From IMG/VR virus record IMGVR_UViG_3300026493_000002: 64,000 nucleotides of DNA; one strand, written 5' to 3'. Both the position numbers and the translations under genes were made by a program. Positions within the stretch are counted from its first letter, which is position 1; each line of letters opens with the position of its first letter. The DNA comes from a virus. Lineage: Duplodnaviria; Caudoviricetes. The notes below the pieces were generated by a model. It was given only the letters and a program-made list of their open reading frames with translations, made no database searches and was not told the origin of the DNA. Shown piece by piece: positions 1 through 8,675 of the stretch.

Positions 1-111
1 CGCAAGGGCATCAACCCCTTCACCAAGGAAGAGCAGTGGTTCGAGGCCAAGCCGGCCACGGTCCGCGTCAAGGCTCGCCCGATGAAGCGCCTCAAGGACG
101 CCGCCCTGTAA
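1..111 (+). CDS. HU/IHF-family histone-like DNA-binding protein, C-terminal fragment (5' truncated by window edge)
   Basis: Frame 1 reads RKGINPFTKEEQWFEAKPATVRVKARPMKRLKDAAL*, matching the HU/IHF arm motif R.G.NP.T.E...I.AK..V.F.....LK.A; not in the ORF track because the start is upstream. Confidence 0.85.
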   Translation, partial: RKGINPFTKEEQWFEAKPATVRVKARPMKRLKDAAL

Positions 112-135
112 TCGCAGAGCGCCGGCCGCAACACC

Positions 136-163
136 AAACTGCCCGGGGTTTCTCGGGCAGTTT
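136..163 (+). terminator. Intrinsic terminator hairpin after the HU gene
   Basis: aaactgcccg-gggtttct-cgggcagttt, 10-bp stem ending in T-run. Confidence 0.75.
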
Positions 164-225
164 CTGTATGTAGTACCGAACGGACTCCACATCTAGCCTC
201 ATAAAAACGACACAGGACTATACAG

Positions 226-891
226 ATGAATGCCACCAACCACACGGACTTGGTAAAGTTGACCGATCGCTGGACCGATTGGGTCAAGAACGAAATGCCG
301 GGCTGCGATCCCGAAATCAAGGCGTTGCTTATCGCCATCAACAGCATCGGGCCGGCAGTGATCCCCGCCTTCTCCTGCGCATCGCACGGCGATGGCCGGC
401 GCGGTTACATCGCGCTGGCACTCAGCCACGAATCGCGTTGGACGATCGCCACCTTCATGATCCGTATGGAGACGCGACTCAAGCGCGAAGACTACAAGCT
501 CGGCGTGGACGTCACGCGCACCGATCACATGCTGCAACGCATCGGGTTTGACAAGAACGCGAGCGGCAAGTGGGACGGCATTACCATTCGCTGGGAGTTC
601 GGCGAGTGGACGAAAGAAAAGAACCTCGAACTGATCCGCATGATGGTCGAGGTGTGCGGCGAAGTTGCCGAAGAGTATGCACAGGACCGCGCTGATCGTG
701 CGCGACTTGCGGCACTCGACGGTGACGACCGCACGGACAAGAACAAGATCGTGGTGCAGCGCACGGGTTCGTGCTTCACTGCGGACTTTGTGAACATGCC
801 GGGCTCGCCCCAAGTGGGCCGCGGTGATACCGAAATGGCGGCACTGATCCAGCTGCTGGCCACGCGCGACTTCACGGTGGAGATTCGCTGA
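226..891 (+). CDS. Hypothetical protein; N-terminal D.EI..L...IN...SC.SH motif (TYW3-like phage domain), C-terminal HicB-like segment
   Basis: ORF with SD (aggac) upstream; motif recognition only. Confidence 0.6.
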   Translation: MNATNHTDLVKLTDRWTDWVKNEMPGCDPEIKALLIAINSIGPAVIPAFSCASHGDGRRGYIALALSHESRWTIATFMIRMETRLKREDYKLGVDVTRTDHMLQRIGFDKNASGKWDGITIRWEFGEWTKEKNLELIRMMVEVCGEVAEEYAQDRADRARLAALDGDDRTDKNKIVVQRTGSCFTADFVNMPGSPQVGRGDTEMAALIQLLATRDFTVEIR

Positions 892-1097
892 TGCTGGATA
901 TCCTGTTTCGTTTCTTCTTCGGCCTCGGGTTTGTGGGCCTCGGGTTCTTCTACCTGCACAACTGGAAACGTCTGCGCGGTGACAAGATGGTCGGATACAT
1001 CGCAACCCATTACCTGATGATGGGCCTGTTGATGTTCGGGATTGCGCTGGTGATGATCGGTTGGTCGGTTGTCGCCTGCGTTGAGCATTGGGGCTGA
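891..1097 (+). CDS. Small membrane protein (two hydrophobic helices)
   Basis: Start overlaps the upstream stop (tgatg); two ~20-aa hydrophobic stretches. Confidence 0.6.
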   Translation: MLDILFRFFFGLGFVGLGFFYLHNWKRLRGDKMVGYIATHYLMMGLLMFGIALVMIGWSVVACVEHWG

Positions 1098-1105
1098 GCC
1101 TCTAG

Positions 1106-1225
1106 ATGAAATCCTTTCGCCGCTGGCTCCACCGTATCAGTCACTGGTTCCTGAGCATCGACTACGCAGTAACCATCAAGAACAACCGCATGTATTGCAA
1201 GAAGTGCGGTGAGGAAATCAAATGA
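1106..1225 (+). CDS. 39-aa small protein with C-terminal CxxC (MKSFRRWLHRISHWFLSIDYAVTIKNNRMYCKKCGEEIK)
   Basis: Translated by hand; fills the gap between neighbours and its stop overlaps the next start as ATGA (1222-1225). Below the ORF-track length cut-off. Confidence 0.6.
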   Translation: MKSFRRWLHRISHWFLSIDYAVTIKNNRMYCKKCGEEIK

Positions 1226-1803
1226 ACCTCTACATCGCGCTGGGGTCCGCTCCAGCCAAGACCATCAACGAAGCTGCGCTGGTACCCGAGGTACGTGGCG
1301 CGCTCACCCGCTGGCTGACGAATCAGCCCAAAGCCGATCGTGGTGTGCTGATCGGCGGTCTGGCCCTGAGCTTCTACGCTCGGCCTCGCCAGACGATGGA
1401 CGTGGACCTGTTGTTCGCTGACCGTGTGCCCGAGGTCAACAGCATGTTCAAGAAGCACCGCGAGCATTCGGCTATCGACAAGAAGGACCATGTGGAAATG
1501 GAGTTCGTCACCCCGAAGACGATCAACATTCCACACCAGGTTGCAGCGCGCGTGATCGACACCGCGTGGGAAATCGGTGAGCTTCGGATTGCATCGCTGG
1601 ACTCCATGATCGTATTGAAGCTGTACGGTGCCGACAACAAGCGGCGCCAGCGTCAGGACGAAGCGGATATCCAGTCGATGTTGGAACACAATCGGGTTCA
1701 CATCACGGGCCTGATCGAAAGCTGGCACCTGTCGGATCTGCACGCTGAACGTCTGCGCCAGATCGCCATCGACGTATACGGCAAAGAGGACGCACTGCGA
1801 TGA
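1222..1803 (+). CDS. Nucleotidyltransferase, AbiEii/MenT/DUF1814-like (Pol-beta superfamily)
   Basis: Signature IGGLALSFYARPRQTMDVDLL (GG.A......R.T.D.D) and C-terminal LKL....R..QD.AD; SD gagg upstream. Confidence 0.75.
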   Translation: MNLYIALGSAPAKTINEAALVPEVRGALTRWLTNQPKADRGVLIGGLALSFYARPRQTMDVDLLFADRVPEVNSMFKKHREHSAIDKKDHVEMEFVTPKTINIPHQVAARVIDTAWEIGELRIASLDSMIVLKLYGADNKRRQRQDEADIQSMLEHNRVHITGLIESWHLSDLHAERLRQIAIDVYGKEDALR

Positions 1804-2105
1804 ACGGATCGTTCCGCTGGACACCAGCACCGTGGTTGAAGCGTATCCTCGACACGCTCCCCATCAAGTCACTCCCGCCACAGACACCGCCGGTCCGTGC
1901 ACACAAAGTCGATCCGACCATGATCGTGGTCGAAGAGACACGCTTCGACGGCAAGCGGGTGTTGGTGCTTCGCAACTGGATCCACTATCCGGACCTCGCG
2001 CACTACAGCTGCTACCTGCACCACAAGTTGGTGTTTGAGACAGAAGAAGCCGAAGAAATGGCCCAATGGGTTGGGCGCATTCTGACGACAGCGCGCGACC
2101 GCTAA
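1800..2105 (+). CDS. Hypothetical protein
   Basis: ATGA overlap with the previous gene; co-oriented. Confidence 0.55.
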   Translation: MNGSFRWTPAPWLKRILDTLPIKSLPPQTPPVRAHKVDPTMIVVEETRFDGKRVLVLRNWIHYPDLAHYSCYLHHKLVFETEEAEEMAQWVGRILTTARDR

Positions 2106-2127
2106 CCACAAGGACACTGTCAGGTAT

Positions 2128-3495
2128 ATGGTCAGTCTATCATCCTTCACCAGTATCGCTGCCATTGGTGGCATCGTCGCTTTGATAAGCGCCGGCTGGT
2201 CACACGTCAAGGTAGTCTTCGCGCACCTGAGTTCGGTGCTGGTCGTTCGCGCGTCGAGCAACTACTTCCTCAAGCAGGCCATCTATTCCCACCTGCGTCG
2301 CAACTGGAGGCTTCTGCCGAGCAACGCCGCCGAGTACAAGCATCTGTGGATGCGGGTCAACGGATCGAACGACCAGAAGTGCGTACCGTTCCGAATGCCC
2401 AATACGGGCTCGGCCATCTTTGTGCGGCGGCACCAGTTCATCGTCTTCAACAACGAGGGTGATGGGAAGTTCTGGGGCCTTCGCGGCTTGGTCGATCTGG
2501 ACAAGCTGGTGGAGGACGCCGTACGCGAGTATCCGAATGCGTCACGTGGTACGAAGCGCCAATCTCAGTTCCGCGTCATTCAACTCATGGGTGACGAGAA
2601 GAGTGCCAACGGGTATTCGATGGGAACGGCGGTTGCGAAGCGGAACAGCGATGACTCGGAATCTCCTGCGGAGTCCTTGGGCAACGAACCCCAGCCGGAT
2701 ATCGACAAGCCGTTGATCTACCGACGCGAAGAGCTTCTGACCAAGGACGTGCGCGATCCATTAGCCCAGTTGTTCTACGAGCCCTACGTGTACCGTGCGA
2801 TTGAAAGCGCAGAGACGTGGTTCGACAGTGAAGAATGGTATGTGTCGCGCGGTCTGCCCTGGCGCCTCGGCTGGTTGCTGTCCGGACCGGCAGGTACTGG
2901 CAAGTCGGCACTGGTGCAGGCGATTGCTGAAAAGCTCGGCGTGCGCCTGTACATGTACAACCTCGCTACCATGAGCGATCAGGAGTTCCGCAGCGAGTGG
3001 AACAACATGACCACTCCGTGCGTGGCCTGCTTCGAGGACTTCGACAACGTGTTCGTCGGCCGTGAGAATCAGACTGCGCACAAGTCGCTGTCCTTCGACA
3101 CGATCCTGAATGCCTTGTCCGGTGTGCAAACCCGAAGCGGCGTGTTCCTGATCGTGACCACCAACCATCCCGAGAAGCTGGACAGTGCGATGGGTACTGC
3201 GCCGCGCTTCGAGGACGCAGGTGTAACGTCTGCGGTCAGCACTCGCCCGGGTCGTCTGGACGTCGAGATTCATCTGGGCCTGATGGGCGTTCCCAATCGC
3301 CTGCGCATGGCCGACAAGATGCTCAGTGACTGGCAGGACCTGCACGCCGAGGTCATGGCCATCGAAGGTGAGTACACGCCAGCCCAGTTCCAGGAAATTT
3401 GCACGCAGCGCGCGCTGGTACGCATCGCCGAAGAGCGCAAGGGCAGGTTGGCACTGGCACAGTCCGACGAGGCCGAAAGCAAAATCGCGGCGTAA
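2128..3495 (+). CDS. BCS1-like AAA+ ATPase with N-terminal membrane segment
   Basis: RGLPWRLGWLLSGPAGTGKS (Walker A in BCS1 context), ACFEDFD (Walker B), TTNHPEKLD...RPGRLD (SRH); hydrophobic N-terminus. Confidence 0.85.
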   Translation: MVSLSSFTSIAAIGGIVALISAGWSHVKVVFAHLSSVLVVRASSNYFLKQAIYSHLRRNWRLLPSNAAEYKHLWMRVNGSNDQKCVPFRMPNTGSAIFVRRHQFIVFNNEGDGKFWGLRGLVDLDKLVEDAVREYPNASRGTKRQSQFRVIQLMGDEKSANGYSMGTAVAKRNSDDSESPAESLGNEPQPDIDKPLIYRREELLTKDVRDPLAQLFYEPYVYRAIESAETWFDSEEWYVSRGLPWRLGWLLSGPAGTGKSALVQAIAEKLGVRLYMYNLATMSDQEFRSEWNNMTTPCVACFEDFDNVFVGRENQTAHKSLSFDTILNALSGVQTRSGVFLIVTTNHPEKLDSAMGTAPRFEDAGVTSAVSTRPGRLDVEIHLGLMGVPNRLRMADKMLSDWQDLHAEVMAIEGEYTPAQFQEICTQRALVRIAEERKGRLALAQSDEAESKIAA

Positions 3496-3503
3496 CGTAA
3501 TTT
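3494..3503 (+). promoter_or_regulatory. Candidate phage late-promoter motif AACGTAATTT
   Basis: Intergenic, 25 nt upstream of ATG 3529; same core found at four minus-strand sites. Confidence 0.55.
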
Positions 3504-3528
3504 GAGTCCAGTTAGTGAGGACTCAACC

Positions 3529-4041
3529 ATGACGCTACTCGATGGCACTGCGGCCTACAAGGCTAAGAAGGACACCAAGTTCAAGCAACGCAAGCACATC
3601 TTCTACGGTCGGGAGTTGACTCTCCAAGGCTACGAGGCGCTGGCGTTGAAACACTTGGTCGAGGTGATGGGAGTAAAGCCCAAGGACATTGTCACCGAGT
3701 GCGAGAACGACTTTACGAAGACGCTTGGCATTCGGTACAAGTACAACGGCGAATGGCGCACGTACATCCCTGATGCGTATGTCATTTCCAAACGGACCAT
3801 CATTGAGTGCAAGAGCATCCACACGCTCGGCCTCAGAAGCAACAAGAAGCGTGGCTGGAGCATGACGTGCGCAAAGGCACGGGCCACGCGGGAGAAGGGT
3901 TACGACATAATCCTGCTCCTCATGCGAGACGACGGAACGCGCATCAAGATGCCCAAGGGCTGGTACAACATGAAGAAGGCCCAGGTACTTGAGGCGCTTG
4001 CAGACGAGCTGGACAATTCCAAGTCTGTAAAGCTGTTCTAA
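3529..4041 (+). CDS. PD-(D/E)xK endonuclease-like protein (TnsA-N / T4 gp4-like / NCLDV-type)
   Basis: LQGYEALAL...YKYNGEWRTYIPDAYVISKRTIIECKS: PD..ExK catalytic pattern; SD gagg before ATG 3529. Confidence 0.7.
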   Translation: MTLLDGTAAYKAKKDTKFKQRKHIFYGRELTLQGYEALALKHLVEVMGVKPKDIVTECENDFTKTLGIRYKYNGEWRTYIPDAYVISKRTIIECKSIHTLGLRSNKKRGWSMTCAKARATREKGYDIILLLMRDDGTRIKMPKGWYNMKKAQVLEALADELDNSKSVKLF

Positions 4042-4045
4042 CGAA

Positions 4046-4288
4046 TTGGTCATGTGGTGGAATTCGCTTCGATGGCGAGCAGCTTGGCGACACGCTGATT
4101 CAGGGCAGCGTGGATTTGGCTGCGCGCTGGTACGCGAAGGCACAGGGGAGCTTGTGCGCTCAATCACTGCTTGGGAACTGGCGCGTGCGCTGGCCCAGGT
4201 ATCTGCGGGTTTAACTCCCGCCATGACCAACCTATTTGCAACCACTATCGGTAGACCCACAAAGTATGAAGCAGAATCATCCCGTTGA
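4046..4288 (+). CDS. Possible hypothetical protein
   Basis: Fills a ~220-nt gap between co-oriented genes; no motif, weak start. Confidence 0.3.
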   Translation: MVMWWNSLRWRAAWRHADSGQRGFGCALVREGTGELVRSITAWELARALAQVSAGLTPAMTNLFATTIGRPTKYEAESSR

Positions 4289-4637
4289 AGTTCGCAAGGT
4301 GCGCGGCATGGGTCGTGGTGTGTTCGCCACGAAGTCCTTCAAGGTCGACGACGTTATCGAAGTCTGTCCAGTGATCCTGTTCCCGCACAGCGAGAAGACG
4401 AAGCGTGACCATGACACCTATGGTTACAGCTTCCGTTGGAACAAGAACAACGTGGCGATCAGTCTCGGGTTTGGCAGCCTGTACAACCACAGCTACGAAC
4501 CCAACGCGGTTGTCGTGCAGGACCTCAAGGCACTGACGATGACCATCCATGCTCTCCGCCCTATCTCTGCGGGCGAGCAACTGTTTATCAACTACAACGG
4601 TCCTGCGGACGATAAGTCTCCCCTTTGGTTCACCTGA
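4266..4637 (+). CDS. SET-domain protein-lysine methyltransferase (minimal, vSET/bacterial type)
   Basis: GMGRGVFATKSF (GxG motif I), LGFGSLYNHSYEPNA (NHS.xPN), GEQLFINY (GEEL...Y); no post-SET cysteines. Confidence 0.9.
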   Translation: MKQNHPVEVRKVRGMGRGVFATKSFKVDDVIEVCPVILFPHSEKTKRDHDTYGYSFRWNKNNVAISLGFGSLYNHSYEPNAVVVQDLKALTMTIHALRPISAGEQLFINYNGPADDKSPLWFT

Positions 4638-4668
4638 GGACAGGACCTCTATTGAGGAGTACCGTGTC

Positions 4669-4986
4669 ATGGCTGAGGTCAAGCCGAGCCGAAAGTTCTA
4701 CGTGGTGTTGCAGACGAGGAGCATCCGCCTGCCGCACAATCTGAAACTGGAAACAACGGCGACCACGGAAGGCATCGCAAAGAATCACGCACTCTACCAT
4801 CTGCGCAAGCATGGTCATGATGCGTTCCGTGTGACCAGGAGAGTGTTCGCTCCACACCTTACCATGCTGCGGGAGTACCTGCTCTCGGATCAAGGACATA
4901 CGTTCGTCCAGTTCGTGGACGAGGACTCAGAACTGTGGGCGCGCTCCCTGGATCTTCGCGCCTACTTGCCAAACAAACCGAGGTAA
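4669..4986 (+). CDS. Hypothetical protein
   Basis: SD gaggag before ATG 4669; in-operon spacing. Confidence 0.6.
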   Translation: MAEVKPSRKFYVVLQTRSIRLPHNLKLETTATTEGIAKNHALYHLRKHGHDAFRVTRRVFAPHLTMLREYLLSDQGHTFVQFVDEDSELWARSLDLRAYLPNKPR

Positions 4987-4989
4987 CAA

Positions 4990-5571
4990 ATGTACGAACA
5001 GGAAATCGAGAACGGCGCCATCGTCGCCTGCCAGCTTGCATCGGGCATGATCGTCATGGGCCATACCGAAGACTGGATGAACACCGGCCCGGGTGAACGT
5101 CCGAGCCACGAGGAGTACGTCTATCTCCACCGCCCGCTGATCTTCACCCTGAGCAGCGACAAGGACGGCAATCAGGCCGCGGTGTTTAGCCAGCTGTGCC
5201 CGTTCGGCCGTGAAGTCATGGACTACCTGCCGCTGCGTCGCATCCAGCTGATCGACGAGCCGTATCTGCCAGAAGGCCAGCTGGAAGCCGCGTACATCGA
5301 AGCTGCGCTGGATCGCTTCGGTCCGGCCACTGCCGAGAAGAGTTCGACGGTGCTGAACTTCCTGCTCGACAACGACGTGTACGCGAAGCTGGTCGGCGCG
5401 CCGCAGAGCGTCGAGGCTGACACCGATGCCGAAGACGACGTGGAAATCGAAGACGCCGACGATGAAGGTCCGGACGTCAGCGACGGCCATGACCACGAAG
5501 GCTTCCCCGGCGGCTGTGAGCGTTTCGGCCACAGCGCCGACACCTGCCCTGAACGTTTCACCAAGGGCTAA
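4990..5571 (+). CDS. Hypothetical protein, possible Sm-like N-domain plus acidic tail
   Basis: IVACQLASGMIVMG...YLHRPLIF pattern resembles phage Sm-like proteins; D/E-rich C-terminus. Confidence 0.55.
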   Translation: MYEQEIENGAIVACQLASGMIVMGHTEDWMNTGPGERPSHEEYVYLHRPLIFTLSSDKDGNQAAVFSQLCPFGREVMDYLPLRRIQLIDEPYLPEGQLEAAYIEAALDRFGPATAEKSSTVLNFLLDNDVYAKLVGAPQSVEADTDAEDDVEIEDADDEGPDVSDGHDHEGFPGGCERFGHSADTCPERFTKG

Positions 5572-5586
5572 ACCCGAATAGCGTGT

Positions 5587-5608
5587 CTGCCCGGGCCTTT
5601 CCGGGCAG
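5587..5608 (+). terminator. Terminator-like hairpin
   Basis: ctgcccgg-gccttt-ccgggcag; same stem sequence as the hairpin at 136-163. Confidence 0.6.
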
Positions 5609-5639
5609 TCTACGTTTTAGGGCATAAGGAAATGCAGTA

Positions 5640-6221
5640 ATGGCTAGACGTAAGACGGCGCTCAAGGCTCTACCAGCCAACGCGCATCCTCTTGGTATCG
5701 GTGAAGCCGAAGACCAGTTGTATGTCATCCGTAGCGAGGCTCAAGCGTGCCTTCGCGAAGACGACACTGAATCCTACAAGGGCTTCCGCTCACACGGTCC
5801 CGTTGAAATCCGTGGCATGTGCCCGCACGGCGTCGATACGATCTACCAGCTGTACTTCACCTACCTGCCGTCGAGAGGCGGCGTGACAGTAGAACAACAA
5901 CGCTTGATGAACTTTGCCAAGGTGCTGGCAATGCGATTGGTTAGTCCTGACGCATACGCCCGTGATCTTGCGAACTACCTGTGCATCGGTCAGGCCCAGT
6001 TTGACAACGGGGAACTGCTGGCACTAGGCGGCATCAACTCGGAAGCGGCTGCTATCCACATCCGAGGTTACACCTGCTGTAAGCCGTGCAGCAAGCACAT
6101 GAATGGCAACACCCTGATACGAATCCACAATGCCGCGCGCTGGACGGAGTCCGACCTGAATCGGGAACTGGAACGTGCGTGGACTACTCAGCAGCAGACC
6201 AAACTACAATACGAGGATTGA
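5640..6221 (+). CDS. Hypothetical protein
   Basis: SD aagga upstream; co-oriented ORF. Confidence 0.6.
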   Translation: MARRKTALKALPANAHPLGIGEAEDQLYVIRSEAQACLREDDTESYKGFRSHGPVEIRGMCPHGVDTIYQLYFTYLPSRGGVTVEQQRLMNFAKVLAMRLVSPDAYARDLANYLCIGQAQFDNGELLALGGINSEAAAIHIRGYTCCKPCSKHMNGNTLIRIHNAARWTESDLNRELERAWTTQQQTKLQYED

Positions 6222-6226
6222 CGTAC

Positions 6227-7198
6227 ATGGACAACAGCCTTTTGCCGACGATCGGTGAGCAAGTAATCGACCTCTACAAGCGCACGGTCAAGACCGATGG
6301 TGTGCAGAGCGGTAACTTCGATGAAGAGACCATGCGCTGGGCCATCGAAGAGGTCGGTCGCAACCTGATCGCCAGCTACGCCCGTGCCGAGAAGCTCTCG
6401 CAGACCCACGAAACGCTGGAGAGCGCCGCCAAGTGGAATGCGCTGGTCGGCAGTTCGCGCATTCGTGTGCTGGGATCGTCCGGCCTCACGACCGAGAAGT
6501 CCTACTACGGTGAAGATCGTCAGGGCTATGCCCATCTGGGTCTGGAGCTCTGGACCATCGGACCTGGCCACGAAACGGACAACCTCGGCGGGTTCTCGGG
6601 CAACGACTGGCTGGAGAAGTACGTCAACATCATGCGTGAGAACCAGGGCACGCTGAACACCGGCATGGAAGTCCGTACGCCGCTGAACTACGTGCTGCGC
6701 AGCGACGACGTGCAGTGGATCATCAACTCGGCCAACGAGGTTGGTGTCCGTGTCGGCAACCAGTGCTTCTTCTACCACGAAAGCCGCAGTGTGCAGTACA
6801 GCGCGGCAGCCGGGTTGAAGTTCCGGCCGATCTGCTCCCGCGATATGGGCAACCTCAGCGAACTGATGATCCGCCGTGTGCGCGAAGATACGTCGGGCCC
6901 GGAATGGCAGCTGGTCAAGAGCTATGAAGGCACCATGCGCCGGCTGGTTCCCGACGACGTGGCGAGTCATCGTGTTTCGTGGCGCAACATGCTGGTCGAG
7001 GCCAAGAAGGCCAATCTCGCCAACATGGAGCTCGATCACGACGAGCGCACAGGCAACGATTCGTACTACGACCACGAGATTCGCAGGTTCGATAGCGTGT
7101 TCGACGAACTGGCGACGATCAGCCACCATCTGGCATCGTACCCGCATCCCGACCACAAGCTGACGCCGGCTATCACCGTCTCGGCTCAGGAGGCGTAA
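6227..7198 (+). CDS. Hypothetical protein
   Basis: SD gagga before ATG 6227; strong GC3 codon pattern. Confidence 0.7.
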   Translation: MDNSLLPTIGEQVIDLYKRTVKTDGVQSGNFDEETMRWAIEEVGRNLIASYARAEKLSQTHETLESAAKWNALVGSSRIRVLGSSGLTTEKSYYGEDRQGYAHLGLELWTIGPGHETDNLGGFSGNDWLEKYVNIMRENQGTLNTGMEVRTPLNYVLRSDDVQWIINSANEVGVRVGNQCFFYHESRSVQYSAAAGLKFRPICSRDMGNLSELMIRRVREDTSGPEWQLVKSYEGTMRRLVPDDVASHRVSWRNMLVEAKKANLANMELDHDERTGNDSYYDHEIRRFDSVFDELATISHHLASYPHPDHKLTPAITVSAQEA

Positions 7199-7869
7199 TG
7201 GCCAACCACATCTTCAACACCCGCTACCAGATCGACCTGCTCGACTACATGCTGACCTGCAATCAGGCGCTGCGTGAAGGCTGCGATCTGCCTGAGCCTC
7301 CGAACAAGGAGTATCGTCGGGGTGCGGACGGTGGCATATCGGTTGATGCCATTTGGTCGCAGCTGTACGGCCAGATGTACCGTATCTCGGACCATGCACA
7401 CTACGCACGCATCGGTAGCAACGACGAGGACATTGCCAATCAGGCCCAGCGTATGCTCGATCGGATTCACCAGTCGGCCGATCCCACCGACATGGCTCTG
7501 CCCGGCTTGGTGCCGCGCTTGGTCCAGATCGGTATGGACACGCGCACGTACTGCCGCATTCTGATTCGCCCTGTCGATAAGCCGGTGCTGCCTGATCCGA
7601 CCGCGCCGCGTCAGTTCTTCCAGAACCTGATGCCGCTTGGCGCCAAGTGGGAACACGCGTTGGTTGACGTGCAGTTCACCAACAAGCCGACTCCCACCGG
7701 GGACGTACACAACGGCTACTGCACGGTGAATGACAATGCTTGCGAGATTTACCAACGCATGGCAGAAGTCGTCGAAAGCTGCGATGCAACCATTCGTCAG
7801 GTCAAGCCGTTCGACTTCGATGGCCTCAATTTCCAACTGACCTTCTCCGAGATCCACGCCAATGGCTAA
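7198..7869 (+). CDS. Hypothetical protein
   Basis: TAATG overlap with upstream gene; SD aggagg. Confidence 0.7.
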   Translation: MANHIFNTRYQIDLLDYMLTCNQALREGCDLPEPPNKEYRRGADGGISVDAIWSQLYGQMYRISDHAHYARIGSNDEDIANQAQRMLDRIHQSADPTDMALPGLVPRLVQIGMDTRTYCRILIRPVDKPVLPDPTAPRQFFQNLMPLGAKWEHALVDVQFTNKPTPTGDVHNGYCTVNDNACEIYQRMAEVVESCDATIRQVKPFDFDGLNFQLTFSEIHANG

Positions 7870-8149
7870 GCGCAAGACCCGTCTGACTGGCAACACGCTG
7901 CACAACGACGGTGACCATTCCGGACTGCTGTTCAAGATCGTGTTCGTGATTCTCGCCGTAGTTGGCGTGCTGTACGCGATCGGTAGCGAGCATCAGTTCC
8001 GCAAGACCAACGACTATCGACGGATCTACTCGGCCGACGTTGCGCCTTGCAGCACTCCGGAAGATGCGGAGCAGTGCCGTCGCTTGGCCGTGCCGCTCAA
8101 CATCGAAGAAGATCAACCCGCAGAGACTGCCGCTGAGGCAACTCTGTAA
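7862..8149 (+). CDS. Small single-pass membrane protein
   Basis: Hydrophobic LLFKIVFVILAVVGVLYAIG; overlaps upstream stop. Confidence 0.6.
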   Translation: MAKRKTRLTGNTLHNDGDHSGLLFKIVFVILAVVGVLYAIGSEHQFRKTNDYRRIYSADVAPCSTPEDAEQCRRLAVPLNIEEDQPAETAAEATL

Positions 8150-8219
8150 AGCACAACCAACGTCGCGTGTCTGAGCCTTGCAGCGCGCGACGACCTCAGT
8201 CAAGGCAACAGGAATCCAT

Positions 8220-8450
8220 ATGAATGCACAGGTCGTGACCTCGAAAACCCGTCTCGCTCACCTCAACTCGCTGCTGGCTGCCGATGCTGCCAAGCTCGAT
8301 CTGCCCGCATTCCGTGCGAGCGTTGGTGCATCCGGCTCCAACCAGGACTGGCTGCGCAAGGCGATGAAGAAGCATCCCGAGTGTAGTGCGGAAATCAAGG
8401 CCCTGCTGGACGTGCCGTTCAAGGATCTCCTCAAGCCGCACGTGGGCTGA
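8220..8450 (+). CDS. Small hypothetical protein
   Basis: SD agga before ATG 8220; followed by a strong terminator. Confidence 0.65.
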   Translation: MNAQVVTSKTRLAHLNSLLAADAAKLDLPAFRASVGASGSNQDWLRKAMKKHPECSAEIKALLDVPFKDLLKPHVG

Positions 8451-8482
8451 GTGCTGGACTGAAACACAGCTGGTGGTTTGCT

Positions 8483-8537
8483 AAAAAGAAGCGGTAGCGC
8501 ATCCTGTTAATTCAGGCTCTGTGCTACCGCTTTTTTC
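8483..8537 (+). terminator. Long (possibly bidirectional) intrinsic terminator
   Basis: aaaaagaagcggtagc...gctaccgctttttt with inner cctg/cagg stem. Confidence 0.8.
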
Positions 8538-8675
8538 GTTTCCGCACGCTGGAATACGCTGCCGTTCGGGTTTGCGCCGAAAGCAGGATGCTAATTTTGA
8601 GCATGTTCCCGGGCGCTCTTTGCGCTGTTCGGGAACTCCGTGCTATACAAAGAGCATCCACTGGGAGACCCCTGA

